Shown piece after piece: positions 39,217 through 46,306 of a stretch of DNA of 64,000 bases. The translations under genes and the position numbers were made by a program. Below the pieces are notes generated by a model. That model had not been told where the DNA came from. It ran no database searches and saw only the letters and a list, made by a program, of their open reading frames with translations. This DNA is from an uncultured bacterium. GTDB lineage: Bacteria; Patescibacteriota; Minisyncoccia; UBA6257; 2-01-FULL-56-20. The number at the start of each line of letters is the position of its first letter. Within the stretch, counting starts at the first letter, position 1. The DNA lies in assembly GCA_963718515.1 (NCBI GenBank), contig OY970354.1:174363-238362 (forward strand), in the 5' to 3' direction.

Positions 39217-39660
39217 ATGAATTCGGATTGTGTTTATTGCAGTTCGCCTGATATTCAGGCGCGAGCTATTACAAAAAATGATCTTGCGTGGGCGTTTCCT
39301 ACTAATATTCCTATCACGCCAGGACATGTGCTTATTTGTCCTGTTCGTCATGTTGAAAAATTTGAAGAGCTTACCGATCAAGAGAAGGCGGCCATTTTTG
39401 AATTGGCTTCGAAGATTAAAGAGGCATTAAAAAAATTATTTGGCGCGGAAGGATTTCACCATGCGTGGAATGAAGGGAAGATCGCTGGTCAGTCCGTGCC
39501 ACACTTTCATTTACATATCGTTCCGCGCAAACAGGGCGATGAGGGTATCGCTGAATACGAACCGAGAAAATTTCTCTATCGTCCTGGGTCGAGGGAAGCC
39601 ACGCCGGAGGCGGAACTGAGGAGTGTTGCAGAACAGATAAAAGAGATTATTAAGAAATAA
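39217..39660 (+). CDS. HIT family protein
   Basis: CVYC...TPGHVLICPVRH...VPHFHLHIVPR histidine triad. The start is chosen at MNSDCVYC, downstream of element A. Confidence 0.8.
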   Translation: MNSDCVYCSSPDIQARAITKNDLAWAFPTNIPITPGHVLICPVRHVEKFEELTDQEKAAIFELASKIKEALKKLFGAEGFHHAWNEGKIAGQSVPHFHLHIVPRKQGDEGIAEYEPRKFLYRPGSREATPEAELRSVAEQIKEIIKK

Positions 39661-39706
39661 GAGAAAGGGTCGCGAAGATTTTTCGCGACCCTTGCGGATG
39701 TTGTGC

Positions 39707-40312
39707 CTAGGATGAAAGTTCTCTCTTGATCGCCTCTGTAATGCTTGGCCAGTCGCGTTCCCAAAATGCATATCCATTTTGAACCCAGTGCATGACTTGC
39801 TGTTCGCCATCATCACCGAAATACCTCTGTTTGGCTTTGCCGGTTTCGACGTCGAACAAGTTTCCCAAGAATTGGGCGACCCGTATTGTCCTGAGGGATG
39901 GTTTCGCTTCTCCCTCAAGTTGCACCGACTTGAGTGCTCGCCAAAGCTCACAGTCAAAATCATGACCGTACAACATTGCTCCATGCGACTTGCGCGCACG
40001 TGCATGCGTGGGACTGGATCGGTTCTGGTTGTTCAGATAGAAAACTTCTACCTCCATCGTCCGGAGCTGATCGGCTATCTGGAGGAGCGTGAATGTGAGA
40101 GGAACCAATTTGGCGGGTACCCAATGGTTGTCGAAAATGACCGCACCAATTCCTCTTTCTTGGACAAAGAGTTTTAGGCTCTCGACCTCTTTAAATTCCA
40201 TACTGTCTGGAATTTCAGCTTGGGATCGGATGCTTGTCAGTCCCGAAATATGCTGAACCAATTCTACCGAAGCTCCCCAGCTCGGATAGGTGTTTACGAC
40301 AAGAATTTTCAT
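39707..40312 (-). CDS. hypothetical protein
   Basis: 201-aa ORF preceded by GGAGGAG. No family recognised. Confidence 0.45.
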   Translation of the reverse strand: MKILVVNTYPSWGASVELVQHISGLTSIRSQAEIPDSMEFKEVESLKLFVQERGIGAVIFDNHWVPAKLVPLTFTLLQIADQLRTMEVEVFYLNNQNRSSPTHARARKSHGAMLYGHDFDCELWRALKSVQLEGEAKPSLRTIRVAQFLGNLFDVETGKAKQRYFGDDGEQQVMHWVQNGYAFWERDWPSITEAIKRELSS

Positions 40313-40443
40313 GCTCTCCTCCTTGGAGTTCTGCCCATAACCTACACGTTTTTGGCGAGATTGTCAAAATAAACAAGCGCGAAGGCATATCTTTTTGAAA
40401 CCATCGTGTCTGCACGTCTGGTTTCAAAAAGATATGCCGAGCG

Positions 40444-42090
40444 CTATTTTAACACGCGTGCCGTATTTAGGTACCAGCTGGCGATTTCTCGGAATCGGTC
40501 GGAGGGATCAGTGAGAAAGTCCGTCGAAATACCCTGCACGTTCTTGTTGTTCACGTACACGTAGTCGGGGGAATAAAGGAAGATGGCCGGATAATTGGCG
40601 GCGATGTCCGCCTGCGCGGTTGCGAGTTCTGTTGCGGTTGATGTGCTGACCGGGTTCTGCCGCGCGCGTTCGATGAGCGAATCCACCGTGGGATTGCTAT
40701 AGATCGAAAGGTTAAGCCCGGGCGAAAAGTCTTGCGACGAATCCCAGAACGAGTATAGGTCTGAACTTGGCCCGAGCACATTACCAAAAAGCAGGGATTC
40801 GTAACTGCGATTCACGATGTCGTTGTTCACAATATTATTCGATGAGTCAGGCAGGATGTTCACTTGCACGCCGATCGCCTGCCACGCGGTCTGCAAATAC
40901 GATGCCGTGTTTGCGAGGAAGTCTATCTGCGGGACGGTCAGATTTACGACGAGCGGGATCGTTATGCCGCCGATTACCTTTGAGCGGAACGTGCTTGAAC
41001 CGGTGAGGGTCCAGCCGTCGTCACTAAGAAGCGTCTCGGCGAATGCGGGGGAAGACGTGGCGGCGGGAACGGCGCTGTAGTATTGCGCGCCCTGCGGAAC
41101 CGGGCCGAATTCTGGCGTGCCATTGCCGCCGAGTGTGGTGTTCACGAGCGCGTTTCGATCAACGGCGACGGAAAGCGCTTCGCGCACCGCCGGATCCTGC
41201 AGGCCGAGGTTCGTGCTCTGGTTGAAGAACACCGCATAGTACGCGGAGGTTGGCCAGGTGAAGACGTTGTATGGCCGCGCGATCTCCGTGATGTCCTCCG
41301 GTGACGCGTTACCGAACCCGTCGATCGTCCCGTTATTGAAACTTTGCACGAGCGTGTTCTCGTCGTTGAAAAAATCCAGCGTGAAATTATTTATAAGAGG
41401 ATGCGGGCCGCTCGTGCCCTGCCACGCGGTCAGTTGATATGAAGAAATGAATCCCTCGCTATTCTTGTTGTATGAAGAAAATTCATACGAGCCACTGCCC
41501 ACCGGCTTCAGATTATAATCCGAGAGATGCCAGTTGCCCGGCGGCGCGTCGGCAAAAAGGTGCTTCGGCAAAATATATAAATTTGCGAGCGTGTCGCCGA
41601 AGAATGCGTACGGACTCGAGAGCGTGAATTCCACTTCAAGCTCGCTCACACGGCTGACCGTCACGCCCTGCCAATTTTGGAAGAGCGGGGAATGTGCGTC
41701 GGGATCCTGTATGGATTGCACCGTGAAGACCACATCATCGCTCGTAAGCTGTTGCCCGTCCTGCCACGAAAGATTGTCTTTGAGCCGCACATCCCACGTC
41801 TTGAGGTCCGGCGAGGCGGTGATGCTTTGCGCGAGGTCGGGGAGATTGCTGTAGACCATCTTTACGAGGTCAAGGTCCGTTTGCGATGACGCGATCACCG
41901 GATTCACGTACTCCGGCTGGCCAAGGATGCCTTCAGCATATTGACCGCCCGCGGCGGGCACGGCCTCGGTGGCTTGTGAAATCACCATCCCGATGACGAC
42001 CACAAAGCTCACGATCGTTCCCGCGAGGGCAAGGACGAACACGATGCGTTCTTTTTTGGTGAGCGCGGCAAAGATCTTTTTAAGCCACAT
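40444..42090 (-). CDS. ABC-transporter substrate-binding protein, family 5 (peptide/nickel type), TM-anchored
   Basis: 548 aa with an N-terminal TM helix and an SBP_bac_5-like sequence (GILGQPEYVNP..., LKDNLSWQDGQQLTSDDVVFT). No adjacent permease or ATPase genes. Confidence 0.75.
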   Translation of the reverse strand: MWLKKIFAALTKKERIVFVLALAGTIVSFVVVIGMVISQATEAVPAAGGQYAEGILGQPEYVNPVIASSQTDLDLVKMVYSNLPDLAQSITASPDLKTWDVRLKDNLSWQDGQQLTSDDVVFTVQSIQDPDAHSPLFQNWQGVTVSRVSELEVEFTLSSPYAFFGDTLANLYILPKHLFADAPPGNWHLSDYNLKPVGSGSYEFSSYNKNSEGFISSYQLTAWQGTSGPHPLINNFTLDFFNDENTLVQSFNNGTIDGFGNASPEDITEIARPYNVFTWPTSAYYAVFFNQSTNLGLQDPAVREALSVAVDRNALVNTTLGGNGTPEFGPVPQGAQYYSAVPAATSSPAFAETLLSDDGWTLTGSSTFRSKVIGGITIPLVVNLTVPQIDFLANTASYLQTAWQAIGVQVNILPDSSNNIVNNDIVNRSYESLLFGNVLGPSSDLYSFWDSSQDFSPGLNLSIYSNPTVDSLIERARQNPVSTSTATELATAQADIAANYPAIFLYSPDYVYVNNKNVQGISTDFLTDPSDRFREIASWYLNTARVLK

Positions 42091-42109
42091 TGATAAAATT
42101 TAATGCTAT

Positions 42110-42331
42110 CTAGTGCGTCTGCGCGTAGAGCTGGTAAATGGCCAGCGCTACGAATGCCACGGAGAGCACGATCGTGGCGTAGAACACCAGCTTTTCCATT
42201 CCCCGCCGCGCCTGGTAGTATCCGCCGCCGTCTCCGCCCAAAAGCCCGGACATGCCGGAAGACCGCTCCTGCAAAAGGATGAGCGTGATGATGAGCGCGG
42301 AGAGAATAATTTGTATGATGGCGATGATCAT
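42110..42331 (-). CDS. secG: preprotein translocase subunit SecG
   Basis: 73 aa with two TM helices and the central LLQERSSGMSGLLGG motif. Confidence 0.8.
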   Translation of the reverse strand: MIIAIIQIILSALIITLILLQERSSGMSGLLGGDGGGYYQARRGMEKLVFYATIVLSVAFVALAIYQLYAQTH

Positions 42332-42696
42332 AATGCGAGGTGAATGATGAAGTTGATGATGCTGATGATAAGGGTGGCCAGGAACAAGGCCGGAATGTTT
42401 TGTATAATAATACTTCCGTGGAGGAAGTCAATGTGATCGGCGATCAAGGGGAGTATCCAAAGGATGATCGCGTTCACGATGAGCACGCCGATGCCGAGGG
42501 TCAGGATAATGATAGGGCCGAGGACGAGCGTGAGGATCGGCTTCAAAAGGAAGTTGAGCACCGAGAGCACGAGTGCGATCGCGATGAGCGTCAGCCAATT
42601 GCCGCCGAGCACGAACCCGGGCACGAACGTATTCGCCGCCCAGAGCGCGAGCGCATTGCCGCCCACTATTATTACGAGCCGTGCGAACCAATGCAT
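42328..42696 (-). CDS. phage-holin-family (DUF360/YvlD-like) membrane protein
   Basis: Four TM helices. LKPILTLVLGPIIILTLG is typical of the family. TATAAT lies 7 nt before the ATG at 42696, so the mRNA appears leaderless. Confidence 0.65.
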   Translation of the reverse strand: MHWFARLVIIVGGNALALWAANTFVPGFVLGGNWLTLIAIALVLSVLNFLLKPILTLVLGPIIILTLGIGVLIVNAIILWILPLIADHIDFLHGSIIIQNIPALFLATLIISIINFIIHLAL

Positions 42697-42727
42697 TGTT
42701 CTATTATAACATCCCTTCGCCCAAACT

Positions 42728-42837
42728 CTCATGCCTTAGTGTTTTTTCGGGCACGGTGTTCCGTTCCGCTGAACGGCCACCTCTTGCCTCGCCGCCTTCG
42801 CGGCTCCGGCTGTCCCTCAAAAACACTAAGGCATGAG
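42728..42837 (+). repeat. hairpin-core element, copy B
   Basis: The 19-bp perfect arms are ctcatgccttagtgttttt / aaaaacactaaggcatgag. They flank a 72-nt core that is 71/72 identical to copy C. Confidence 0.8.
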
Positions 42838-42876
42838 GGGCTGGGGTCGGTAGTGGTTATAAAAAGAGTGTTTTAA

Positions 42877-42901
42877 TTCGGATCCTGCCCGGCGCACCGC
42901 A
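42877..42901 (+). repeat. tRNA 3'-end-like fragment B'
   Basis: TTCGGATCCTGCCCGGCGCACCGCA reads as T loop, T-stem 3' strand, acceptor 3' strand and ACC. No 5' half is present. Confidence 0.6.
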
Positions 42902-42904
42902 AAC

Positions 42905-42932
42905 AAAAAAGCCCGCATCTCTGCGGGCTCGT
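42905..42932. terminator. hairpin terminator of the gpmI operon
   Basis: gcccgca-tctc-tgcgggc flanked by A and T tracts. Confidence 0.65.
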
Positions 42933-42935
42933 TTC

Positions 42936-43175
42936 TTACTCGTGTTCCTTCACTTCAATTGGTTGTGCTATCTTGTCGGGACGCAATCCTTCGTTGGTCA
43001 ACTCAAGAAACAGATTGTCGATTTTCTGACTCACTGCGATGAGTTGTGCCTGGTCGTATTTTTTTGAGGTGACGTTTCCTTTTACAACTCCAAGCTCTTG
43101 GATCGCTCCATCCAGGCTTTGTGCCAATTGTGCTTCGAGATATTCGTTATTCTCGGGCGGCTTCTCCATTCTCAT
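42936..43175 (-). CDS. hypothetical protein
   Basis: 79-aa acidic ORF downstream of gpmI on the same strand. Confidence 0.35.
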   Translation of the reverse strand: MRMEKPPENNEYLEAQLAQSLDGAIQELGVVKGNVTSKKYDQAQLIAVSQKIDNLFLELTNEGLRPDKIAQPIEVKEHE

Positions 43176-43206
43176 TGGTTTTTCTTTGGGTAACGACCTT
43201 TTCCAT

Positions 43207-44742
43207 TTATATCAATCCTTCGATTAGGCTCCGGCCGGTCATTTCGTCGGGCTTTTGGATGCCCATCACTTCGAGGATGGTGGGCGCGACGTCGGCGAGG
43301 GAGCCGAGCGTTTCGAGGTCGAGACGGTCGCTGTTCACGAATTTTTTTCCCTTGTATTGCTGGACGACGAGATAGAACGGCACGGGGCTTGCGTCGTGGC
43401 CGCTTTCCGGCTCGCCGGTCTTTTCGTCGATCATCTTTTCTATATTCCCGTGGTCGGAGGTGATGAAGAGGTTCGCGTCGGTGCTTTCCGCGGCCTTGAT
43501 CACGCGCGCAATTTGGTGGTCGATCACTTTGATCGCCTCAAGCGCGGCGGCGTAGTTGGCGGTGTGCGCGATCGTGTCGGGGTTTGCGTAGTTCACGAGA
43601 ATAAAATCAAAGCCGTGGTCGGTCATCGCTTCCACGAGGCGGTCGGTGATCGCTTCGGCCATCATCTGCGGATGCTCTTCGGGATGCGGGCTCGAATATG
43701 ACGGAATGAGCGTGCGATATTCGCCGGGGAACGGCGGCTCGCGCAGTCCGTTGAAGAAATACGTGACGTGTGCGTACTTGTATGTTTCGGCAAGGCGCAA
43801 TTGCGTGAGGCCGCCGTCACTCAACACTTTTCCGATGGGCTCCTGCACGTTGTCCGCGGGGAACGCGACGGGCACATCGAACTCGTCATCGTAGTGCGTC
43901 ATCGTCGCAACGTAGAGATCATTGAAGTGCACCGTCATGAATTCTTTGAAATCTTTTTTGATGAACGCCGAGGCGATCTGGCGGATGCTGTCCTCGCGGT
44001 AATTAAAGAAGACGAGCGAGTCGCCGTCCTGGATCTTTTTGTCTTCGCTGAAGCGGATCGCGGGAAGATATTCTTCGGTGGTGCCCTGCTTGTACGTGGC
44101 CTCGATGATCTCGGTGGGATCGGTCACGAGCGGGCCTGTCTGGCCGGTCATCGCTTGATACGCGGTCTCCGTCAGCCGCCAGTTGCCATTGCGTTCCATG
44201 CCGTAGTACCGGCCGATGAGGCTCGCCATATACTGCGCGGGGATCTCTTTCAAAAATTCTTGGACGGTGTGCGGTTCGGTGTCTTTTGCGTCGGCGAACA
44301 GATGGAGATTTATTTTGGTGACGCCTTCATCCTCCGCCATTTTGATCAGCGCCTTCAGGTGGTCGATCGAGGCGTGCACGTTTCCTTTGGTGAGCAATCC
44401 GGCAAAGTTGATGGCGGAATTATTTTTTTTTGCATGCTCGCATGCGGCCTTCAGCACGGCGTTATCAAAGAACGTGCCGTCCTGGATGGCCATCATGATC
44501 TTTGGGAAATATTGATAGAGCACTTTTCCGGCGCCGAGCGTCAAGTGGCCCACCTCGCTGTTGCCGATCTCGCCCCACGGGAGTCCGACCGCGATGCCGG
44601 ACGCTTGCAGGCTCGTCGTTGGATAGTTCGCCTGGAGCCAATCGAACGTCGGTGGCTGGGCGATGAAGAGAGGATTTGTCTCGTCCTTTCTGCCGATGCC
44701 CCATCCGTCAAGCACGACCAATACGGTTACTTTCTTTGCCAT
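43207..44742 (-). CDS. gpmI: 2,3-bisphosphoglycerate-independent phosphoglycerate mutase
   Basis: 511 aa. VLDGWGIG, GNSEVGHLTLGAG and ITSDHGN are canonical iPGM motifs. Confidence 0.9.
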   Translation of the reverse strand: MAKKVTVLVVLDGWGIGRKDETNPLFIAQPPTFDWLQANYPTTSLQASGIAVGLPWGEIGNSEVGHLTLGAGKVLYQYFPKIMMAIQDGTFFDNAVLKAACEHAKKNNSAINFAGLLTKGNVHASIDHLKALIKMAEDEGVTKINLHLFADAKDTEPHTVQEFLKEIPAQYMASLIGRYYGMERNGNWRLTETAYQAMTGQTGPLVTDPTEIIEATYKQGTTEEYLPAIRFSEDKKIQDGDSLVFFNYREDSIRQIASAFIKKDFKEFMTVHFNDLYVATMTHYDDEFDVPVAFPADNVQEPIGKVLSDGGLTQLRLAETYKYAHVTYFFNGLREPPFPGEYRTLIPSYSSPHPEEHPQMMAEAITDRLVEAMTDHGFDFILVNYANPDTIAHTANYAAALEAIKVIDHQIARVIKAAESTDANLFITSDHGNIEKMIDEKTGEPESGHDASPVPFYLVVQQYKGKKFVNSDRLDLETLGSLADVAPTILEVMGIQKPDEMTGRSLIEGLI

Positions 44743-44764
44743 GGCTTTATTTTAAATGAAATTT

Positions 44765-44900
44765 GGGGATTCTCATAGCGCAGGCTTTGCATTCTCTCGG
44801 GCACGGTGTTCCGTTCTGCTGAACGGCCACCTCTTGCCTCGCCGCCTTCGCGGCTCCGGCTGTCCCTCGAGAATGCAAAGCCTGCGCTATGAGAATCCCC
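44765..44900 (+). repeat. hairpin-core element, copy C
   Basis: The 32-bp perfect arms are ggggattctcatagcgcaggctttgcattctc / gagaatgcaaagcctgcgctatgagaatcccc. They flank the 72-nt core. Confidence 0.8.
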
Positions 44901-44946
44901 CAGGGGTGTATGAAAAATAATGGGATTACAGAAGAAGTTATTTATA

Positions 44947-44973
44947 GGTTCGAATCCTGCCTGGCGCACCGCA
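44947..44973 (+). repeat. tRNA 3'-end-like fragment C'
   Basis: GGTTCGAATCCTGCCTGGCGCACCGCA. It is followed by the perfect hairpin 44974-45008 (gacaaaaaaagacatc-gaa-gatgtctttttttgtc). Confidence 0.6.
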
Positions 44974-45021
44974 GACAAAAAAAGACATCGAAGATGTCTT
45001 TTTTTGTCTGTCTCTGTTGTT

Positions 45022-45153
45022 GGGCAGGATAAGAACCCTTTAGGGTTCGGGAATTGGCAGCGAGGCGAAAATGAAAACTGCGCAAACGGCAAAGTTTGTT
45101 TTCATTTTCGACGAGCGAACCAATTCCGCGCGTTCTTACGCGCCATCCTGCCT
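45022..45153 (+). other. multi-hairpin intergenic structure D
   Basis: Closing helix ggcaggat (45023-45030) / atcctgcc (45145-45152). Nested inside are gaaccct-tt-agggttc, gggaattgg/ccaattcc, the perfect 13-bp pair cgaaaatgaaaac/gttttcattttcg, and gcgcg-ttctta-cgcgc. Confidence 0.4.
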
Positions 45154-45160
45154 GGCGCAC
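45145..45160 (+). repeat. tRNA 3'-end-like fragment D' (short)
   Basis: ATCCTGCCTGGCGCAC is identical to the core of C'. Confidence 0.5.
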
Positions 45161-45181
45161 ACGTGATATAATAAGTTAAAT

Positions 45182-45853
45182 ATGAGAATAAGAAATCAAG
45201 GCATTGTCCAACTTGGGGATTTGGCGCTAGATTCTTTTCATAATTTTTATTATGACAATTCCGGGAGGACGTGGGCAAATACTTTCTATTTCGGGATCAA
45301 AACCCTAAAGTTTCCACTCGACCTGTGGATATATCAGGAACTCATTTTTAGAATCAAACCTGATGTGATTGTGGAAACAGGAACGTATAAAGGTGGCTCG
45401 GCACTCTACCTTGCCCATCTTTGTGATGCGATAGGGAACGGACGCGTTATTACAATCGACAAATTGGCTTCTTCAAAGACCATCGCCCGACGCGCACTAT
45501 CGCATCCGAGAATTAAATTTATCCGTGGTTCCTCCGTTTCACCGAATATTATCAAACGTGTTAAAAAACTAATTCAGCCGAAAGATACGGTAATGGTCAT
45601 CCTCGATTCGGACCATAGTAAAAAACACGTTTTGGCCGAACTTCAGGCATATGGGAAATTGGTTACCAAGGGGAGTTATATGATCCTGGAAGATACAAAT
45701 ATCAATGGGCATCCTGTGTTTCCGGATTTTGGTCCCGGACCGATGGAGGCACTGGAAATATTCAAAAGGCGGAATAATAAATTTATCAGCGATGCGGCGG
45801 CTGAAAAATTCTTTATCACCTTTAATCCCCGCGGATATCTTCGGCGAAAATAG
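45182..45853 (+). CDS. CmcI/cephalosporin-hydroxylase-family methyltransferase-like protein
   Basis: FPLDLWIYQELIFRIKPDVIVETGTYKGGSALYLA...ILDSDHS matches the CmcI family. TATAAT at 45167-45172 lies 9 nt before the ATG. Confidence 0.7.
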   Translation: MRIRNQGIVQLGDLALDSFHNFYYDNSGRTWANTFYFGIKTLKFPLDLWIYQELIFRIKPDVIVETGTYKGGSALYLAHLCDAIGNGRVITIDKLASSKTIARRALSHPRIKFIRGSSVSPNIIKRVKKLIQPKDTVMVILDSDHSKKHVLAELQAYGKLVTKGSYMILEDTNINGHPVFPDFGPGPMEALEIFKRRNNKFISDAAAEKFFITFNPRGYLRRK

Positions 45854-45866
45854 AATTTAGGGTAAA

Positions 45867-45895
45867 ATAGGTTCGAACCTGGTCCGATACCCCGC
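45867..45895 (+). repeat. diverged tRNA 3'-end-like fragment E'
   Basis: ATAGGTTCGAACCTGGTCCGATACCCCGCA shares ATAGGTTCGAA-CCTG and CCGCA with C'. It is followed by the hairpin terminator 45909-45943. Confidence 0.4.
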
Positions 45896-46073
45896 ACGAG
45901 TTCGCGAGAAAACAAAAGACCCGTTGCCGGGTCTCTTTTGTTTGGGCGTAGCGGGCTGTAAACCCCCTTACCTCCACCAGCCCCTGATGGAAATATATCA
46001 AGGACTCTTTTATCGTATTCTAAAATAATAACGCGTCAAATTTTATTTAATGAATTTTTAATAACCCGCACGG

Positions 46074-46150
46074 GCGGTGGAGGCAGGGGGAGTCGAACCC
46101 CGCCAGAGTCGGATAGGAGCCGACTCTGATAACCGTATTGTCCCCACCGC
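46074..46150 (-). ncRNA. tRNA-like element, not a canonical tRNA
   Basis: On the minus strand, GCGGTGG...CCACCGC forms a closing helix. Inside are a 9-bp stem CAGAGTCGG/CCGACTCTG with the 7-nt loop CTCCTAT, and a T-arm-like GGGG-TTCGACT-CCCC. There is no D arm. Confidence 0.25.
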
Positions 46151-46306
46151 GATGCGATCATTACATAAACCCGATTAAAACTATCTAAAGCCATTGATGC
46201 CGTTTAGCGGCCACGGCATACCTTGACCCCACGCCCTGTTTCGCGGTACGATAAGAGCAATTAAAGAGTCATTAAATCATGAAATTTTCGGGAAATACTA
46301 ACTATT

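Noticed and set aside
42340-42876. ORFs reading through hairpin-core elements B (42340-42876, plus strand) and C (44727-45092, minus strand)
   Set aside because: The two ORFs lie on opposite strands although the elements share one orientation. The arms would encode unrelated peptides, and neither ORF has a recognisable family. The elements are treated as noncoding.
44797-44868. Core of the hairpin elements as a known self-cleaving ribozyme (HDV-like, hammerhead, twister)
   Set aside because: There is only a loose resemblance to the HDV ribozyme C/G-rich stretch. No CUGANGA...GAAA hammerhead core is present, and none of the twister conserved strings I can recall. I could not thread the nested pseudoknot by hand, so I left it as an unclassified structure.
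46074-46150. Calling this a bona fide tRNA (Arg-CCU or Sec)
   Set aside because: It has no D arm. The anticodon-like stem is 9 bp instead of 5-6 bp. There are extra nucleotides between the T stem and the acceptor strand. The anticodon is not UCA, as Sec would require.
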